Shown one piece after another: positions 57,092 to 64,000 of a stretch of DNA of 64,000 bases. The stretch is from Eledone cirrhosa. Its lineage: Eukaryota. Position numbers and translations under genes: made by a program. The stretch covers positions 172,298,001-172,362,000 of the forward strand of contig OZ024741.1 of NCBI GenBank assembly GCA_964016885.1, read 5' to 3'. Numbering within the stretch: the stretch's first letter is position 1; every line of letters starts with the position of its first letter. The notes beneath the pieces are model-generated. The model saw nothing but the letters and a program-made list of their open reading frames with translations. It did no database searches and was not told where the DNA came from.

Positions 57092-57333
57092 ATATATATA
57101 TATACATAGATTAGATATATTAGATATATAACTATATTCGGATATTTATATCCCAATTCATATATACGATATATATATATATATATGTGCGTGTATACAT
57201 GTTTACATATATATATGCGTGTATATATATGTGTTTGTGTGTGTATGTATATATATATATGTGTGTTTATATATATATATGTGTATTTTTTTGTGTGTGT
57301 GTATGTTTATATGTATATATATATATATATATA

Positions 57334-57387
<54 letters not shown>

Positions 57388-57827
57388 TTAATGTATATTT
57401 ATATATATGTATGCATCTATATATTTATGTATGTATGTATCTATGTATGTATGTATGTATGTAAGTATGTATATATATATATGTGTAAGTAAGTATGTAA
57501 GTATGTAAGTATTTAAGTATGTAAGGAACAGCACTGATTAGGTGGTTGTAGTTGAACTAGATGCAAATGTGTTTGTAAATGTCAAGGTTCCAAATACACT
57601 TGCTGCTACCTTTGTGTTAATTTATGTTTTTGTTGTTTGATTTTTAGTTTGGCATCTTTTCATATTTTCCATATAAAAACGAAGAAATAAAGAACAACCA
57701 TTTGCTTTCATTTCCGCATTTCTGTTTCCTTGTCTTGTTGTTATTGCTTTTGATTCCGTCTTCATTTGCCTCTTTGTAAATGTGTCTGAGTATGTGTATG
57801 TGTGTGTATTTGTATGACTGCTTGCGT

Positions 57828-57900
<73 letters not shown>

Positions 57901-58059
57901 TACGAAGAAAGCTTGTATTTGTATATTTGTGTGTTAAGGTAATTCTTCTATTCGTTTTGAAGCTTAACACTCTCCTGTGTAAAGGAATGATATATCCCCG
58001 AGCTGATTCACAGACCCGTACACTATAATACGATAGTATGAGGAAGTAGAAATCGAATT

Positions 58060-59200
58060 AATCACCCGCATAATCTATCGGGAAAAACAGTATGGGGTCA
58101 TACACAACGACTGGCGTAGCAGTATACTCATTAATTGTTACAAGGGAAACGATAATGCGCTAGAAAAGAGCAGCTACAGGAGCATAAATCTGATGAAACA
58201 AATTATGAAAGTGATAGAAACAGCTTTAGTGTACCTGATTAGTGAAAGAGTAAAATTTGATGAGATGCAGTTTGGTTTCATGCCAGAGAGTAGCACCACA
58301 GTTGTCCTTTTCTAGAAGTTTGTAGTTACGTGTAAGCCACTATATCTAACGTTCTTTCAACTGAAGAAGGCTTTTGAAACAGTACCACGATTTGTCGTCT
58401 GGTGGCCCCTAAAGAAACTAAGCGTAGAGGAATGGTTTGTCATAGCAGTGCAAACTATGTACGGAGAAGCTGCCAGTAAAGTGATAGTTGTTCATCACTG
58501 CTAAGTCCTTAGCGCACTCTTGTATATCTATTTCTCCAGGACATAACGGAGGAGTTTAAGACTGGTTGATCATGGGATATACTAAACACTTTGGTAAAAA
58601 TAATATAATAAAATAGTTTAGAGTAAACTGAGATAAACTGAAGTATTAGTAAGAAAGAAGACAGGACACGGATCCTATTGAGAAAATGGCAAAATTCAAT
58701 AAGTAGAAAATGAATAGCTAGAAACTCTATACAATGTAGACAATGTAAATCTTGGGAACACAAGCGGCGTGATCGGATAGCAGGCAAGCTAACAGAAAGA
58801 CTAGGTTTTGTATGTAGCAGCTGCACAGGAATAGTTGGTAGTTTGAGAAACAGTGAAATAAACTTTTTTCCAATCCCAATAAAGATCAATGGAAAGACGT
58901 TGATAGGGTTCCTCTGAGAATAAGGAATCAGATACAGCGTGCAAGAGAGGATACTACGATGGCATGGGCATGTGATGTGTTTGGATGGTGATCGTTGGGT
59001 GAAGATATGCCAAGAAATACCTTTGGAAGTTTGCTGTAGTAGAAGGAGATCGGGGGAAACCTGGGCGGAGAAAACGAAAGACCGCAAAGAGTAGATGGAT
59101 GATGTACTGGAAAAGATCCTTCAACCAATGTAAGCATATGTAAGCATGAAAAATGACGTGATAGTCCCGAATTAAACATCTTTGGTCATACGTATCATGG
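58060..59200 (+). mobile_element. Highly decayed RTE/BovB-like LINE fragment
   Basis: SYRSINLMKQIMKVIE..DEMQFGFMP..LKKAFETVPR; later RWHGHV and GRRKRK motifs. Confidence 0.65.
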
Positions 59201-60010
59201 GTAAATACTGACCTAAACAACCCTTAGTACAAAGATAAAAGGCTCCTAGCATATATCAAGTGTGTGACCTTGTATATAACTAAAACAGAGGCACCTGATG
59301 ACGATGAGAAATTTAATAGATCGAAACGTATTACCTATACTACCCAGAGATTTAAACACATAAAAATAAAACTGAGAAAATACAAGTCATCTCGGTTGAT
59401 ACTAACATTTCAACAAATCAATCAGCCTGAAATGGTACTTTATTTTATCGACAACGAAAATAGGAAAGGCAATGTTGACCTCTTTTGGAATAAAATCCAA
59501 CATTAGATACCGCATAATAGTTCATACTCAAGTGACTCATCCAAATTACCGCCTTTCTAGTATATGTAACCTAGAAGGAAGTATGATATTTACGAATGTT
59601 ATCAAACATCTGCAACTTTCTTTCCACAAGGCCCACAAAAAGCGGAATTGATTTCTAAACTATTAAAAAAATGTCTTGACTCAGTGCAAACTGATCAATG
59701 CAAGAGAAAGCAGGGATGCGAAAATACACCAAACTTATTTCTAATATGATCAATAGAAACTGGAATTGATTACCATAGGAAAGTTTTCTTTCATTATTTT
59801 ATGGTTTTTAATAGTTTTATTTATAGAACTGCGGTAATGCTGGAGCAGTACCTTCAAGGTCGATCAAATCGACTAAGTAACATCTTCATAACAAATACAC
59901 ACACGTGCGCGCATACACAGATATATGCAATCATATATACGCACATACCTACAGACATACACACATGCACACATGCACATACACACATGCACACATGCAC
60001 ATACACACAC

Positions 60011-60066
<56 letters not shown>

Positions 60067-60101
60067 CTGGCATTGATAAATATGCTGGGTCCGTCAACCC
60101 T

Positions 60102-60149
<48 letters not shown>

Positions 60150-60214
60150 TCAGCGATACTTCGAAGTATACATTCATCAAAATAACAATTAAATATATAT
60201 ATGTATAAAGAGAG

Positions 60215-60262
<48 letters not shown>

Positions 60263-60556
60263 TATTTACGTATCGAGAGAGAGAAAAAAAAGGGAGGATA
60301 GGTGATACATATAGTTATTTGCCAAGTAGCATATGCCAAAGGTGCTCGATACTAGTGCCGGCAGTATTAAATATTCGAAGTGTTAATATTTAGTGGGCTA
60401 GAGAGTTAGCAGAGCGTAAGCACGTGGGAAAGTAAGAAATCGGAGAATATACCGTTAAAACTTCTTTCGCCCAGTTGGGCTTCTCAAGGTTCATTGCTCG
60501 CAAAAATACCTTGTTTTGATTATATATATATATATATTTGATTATATATATATTTG

Positions 60557-60715
<159 letters not shown>

Positions 60716-61429
60716 AGAAAAAGTGACATACTTTTCTTTATACACATTTATTTGAAATATGTATGTCGCTTTTCTCTCCATCTCCCTTCCTCTTTCTCCA
60801 TCTCCCTTATTCTTTCTCAATTTCCCACTCTCCCTCTCCCTTCCTCTCTCTTTCTCCATCTCCCTTCTTCTTTCTCCATTTCCCACTCTCTTTCTCCCTT
60901 CCTCTCACTTTCTCTCTCCCACCTCTCTCCTACCACTCTCTCTTATTATTTTTGACGACTGTTTTATTCGAGGTATCGCCGACAATTTTGTCTTATCAAA
61001 ACAATCTGATAAAATCAATATGGCCGGCGAAACTTCGACGGAAAGCGACAATATTAATAACAATTATCATATTCACCGTATATTCTGTATACTATGTATT
61101 TTAGTGTGCTTATCACACAACCGCATAAAAGCTGTGTGCGTGTTTTTTTAGTAACATGGCTCTCCCAAAATAAAAGAAAATCTTTTTCTACTCAAAACTT
61201 CAGATCAAGAATCTTAAATGACAAATAGAAACACTAACAGATATATTTATATAGAAGCTAACTATGATGGATGTAATGTGTTACACAGAGACACACATAC
61301 AAACACTAACAGATATATTTATATAGAAGCTAAATATGATAGATGTAATGTGTAACACACTCACACACACATACAAACAAACAAACAAACAAACAAACAA
61401 ACAAACAAACAATATCACACATGTGTGTG

Positions 61430-61461
<32 letters not shown>

Positions 61462-62067
61462 CATGCGCGGGGACATAGAAATAGTCGGGTTGGACACTCG
61501 ATCGCGCGGTTAAACCACTGGGAGTGAAGGACCCCTAGCCTTTGTCAGGGCATTCTTCTAGGAGAAGGCAACTCAGGAAATTGGGATAACTCCGATATAA
61601 AACCTGCAGCTCAGTAGTTACCGATGATGTTGGTCTTTTTTTCTTTTCGGATTATAGCTACTGTCGCTCAGAGAATGGGATTGGCTCAGTGCACAGTCTT
61701 TCCTCACTTCAAAAAATATCTTCAGGCACAGGCATTACACAATAGCATTAATTAAAATTATTAATAATGGTATATCATGCAATGGCCATACTCAATAACG
61801 AGGGGGAAGCCATCATGTATGTATGTATGTACGTTCTGGTTTTATAATTTCACAAATATATGCTAATAGAGAGAGAATCGGTTTCTAGCATAGACACAAG
61901 ACTCTCTCATTGGAATTTACACAACATCAACTAGGTAGATATGTATGCATGTCTGCATGCATGCATCTGTGTGCAGGTATGGATGTTATTGTATGTGTGG
62001 ATGTGAATGTTTTTAGTTGTATGTGTGCATGTGCATACGTTTTGTATCTGTACATGTGTATATGCAG

Positions 62068-62352
62068 TTATTAGATGCAAAATTTTTGGAATGTTTTACA
62101 TATTTTTACTGTTCCATTAATGGCTTGTACTTGTAATTTCCTAACAAGTTATGTTCTTTCTGTTTCTGTGAAGCCCAGCTTCCCAAGATTTGTATTGAGG
62201 CAGTTACTAACATATCCCAGTGCCCCAATAATCACAGGCATAAATCTGAAGGTATAGTCAGGGTGGAGTATCTGCAGATTTCTCATTAATTCTGCATAAA
62301 TATTATTCTTTTCACTAATCTTTGATATTATATTGGCATCTGCTGGACAGAT
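62068..62352 (-). mobile_element. R4/Dong-like 3' fragment
   Basis: ICPADANIISKISEKNNIYAELMRNLQILHPDYTFRFMPVIIGALG, homologous to 39046-39354. Confidence 0.75.
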
Positions 62353-62401
62353 ATGTGTATGTTTGTATGCGTATGTTTGTATGCAAGTGTGTACGTGTGT
62401 A

Positions 62402-62550
<149 letters not shown>

Positions 62551-63773
62551 TGAATTTCTTCTGTGTTCGTCTACTACATACAATTACTCACAAGATGTCA
62601 AGTAAAACGATGCCATGGTAGACATCACTTATCCCAAATATTATACAACAGGATTCGAACCCGGAACCATGTGCTTAAATAAAGAAACTTTTTAACCGCA
62701 CAACCCAAACTTAGATAAATGACATCATTTATAACTGATGTGGTAAAATGTACATTTACTGAAGTGCATTTCACTTACGTACTTGTTAGGTTTTTTTGTT
62801 TGTTTGTTTGTTTTTGTGTTTTCGTTATGTTTACATCTCTGAATAAAATGCCGTTTGTACACGTGCCTCTGTGCTGTTTTCTCAATCTCTATTTATTTAT
62901 AATAAAAAAAAACGAAGCTCTGTTCTTATTAATAAGCATCTAGTTATAATAAACAAAGTAATAGTGGTGTTGTTGTTAATTTATTCCGTAGTATAATGGT
63001 TATTCATTGCAGGCGTTTTTTGTCAATACTATATTATTTTTATCTTCTATTCAGATGAAAGACGTCTTCCCTCCAATATCTTTCCTGTATTTATGCATCA
63101 AACGCAACAAGTTAATAGGAAAAACATGTGTACTTTTTCTTTTTTTTTTCTTTTTACTTGAAATGAAAAAGCTCTTAACATGTTTTTACATGAAGCCTTC
63201 AAGCTATCGTTTATTCAATACCACCTTATTATAAAACCAAATTTCCAATAGACACAAAATCAGTTATGTAGATTCCATGACTGCATAGTTTAACTCGCAA
63301 CAACAAACTACTGAAGGATCCCTTTGGCACTTGTGTTTTACTTTTTCTTCTGATTATCCAATATCGCTTGATTGAAATTTAATAGACGAAAACTGCGCAG
63401 AAGCCCGTCATTATATTGTTATCATTGGTAGTATGAACATAATTATACATTAATTATGCAGAATGAATCCTTAAAATTTTTTCCAACGCCTCTATTTTAA
63501 ATTGCCAAATTAGTGAATTATTTTTAGACCAAAATTAAATATTCTCCAAGTTGTACATACACGATATATCTGTTAGTTCTTTTGTTACTTTGGTATTGTG
63601 TGGTTGGGTTTTGCCTACTGCAATGTTCAATTTGTCAAGCTATTTAAACGTATGTTATTGCTCTAAGGACCTACCCTTATTGAGTGCTTTGCTAACTCAT
63701 TCCTTATTGTAGGTCGACTTTGCTTAGCCACAGCCAAAGCTTCGATTTTACTAAGCTTCCACTTGTATATATA

Positions 63774-63900
<127 letters not shown>

Positions 63901-64000
63901 ATAAGAGAAAATGCGAAGTAGTTTCAGAAGTTAGAATCCTTTATTGATAAGGCTGTGATACATATTTCAATGACGTCAGAGGGAGGCCACACGATTCCAA

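Noticed and set aside
61480-61810. RTE-like 5' UTR (CTAGGAGAAGGCAACTC)
   Set aside because: Resemblance from recall only, with no linked coding remnant

Overview
AT-rich, microsatellite-dense animal genomic DNA; the SINE types suggest a cephalopod (octopus-like) host, which is inference. No convincing host protein-coding gene is present, and most ORF-track entries are translations of (TA)n/(CA)n/(GA)n tracts or antisense frames. The window is a retroelement graveyard: several decayed Tx1/L1-clade LINEs (one near full length), R4/Dong-type and RTE fragments, tRNA-derived SINEs, a non-autonomous Helitron, and at least five Penelope-like elements (PLEs; RT and/or GIY-YIG remnants). The most interesting layer is non-coding. 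Many short fold-back and tandem inserts sit inside (TA)n tracts and carry type I hammerhead ribozyme motifs, found by eye from about ten different sequence families. Highlights: a 548-bp tandem array that starts exactly at its predicted self-cleavage site, a 431-437-bp hammerhead array with an inverted copy, hairpin elements with hammerheads on both strands, and a U3-A8 compensatory catalytic-core variant. All folds and boundaries were read manually, so coordinates are approximate and ribozyme activity is untested.
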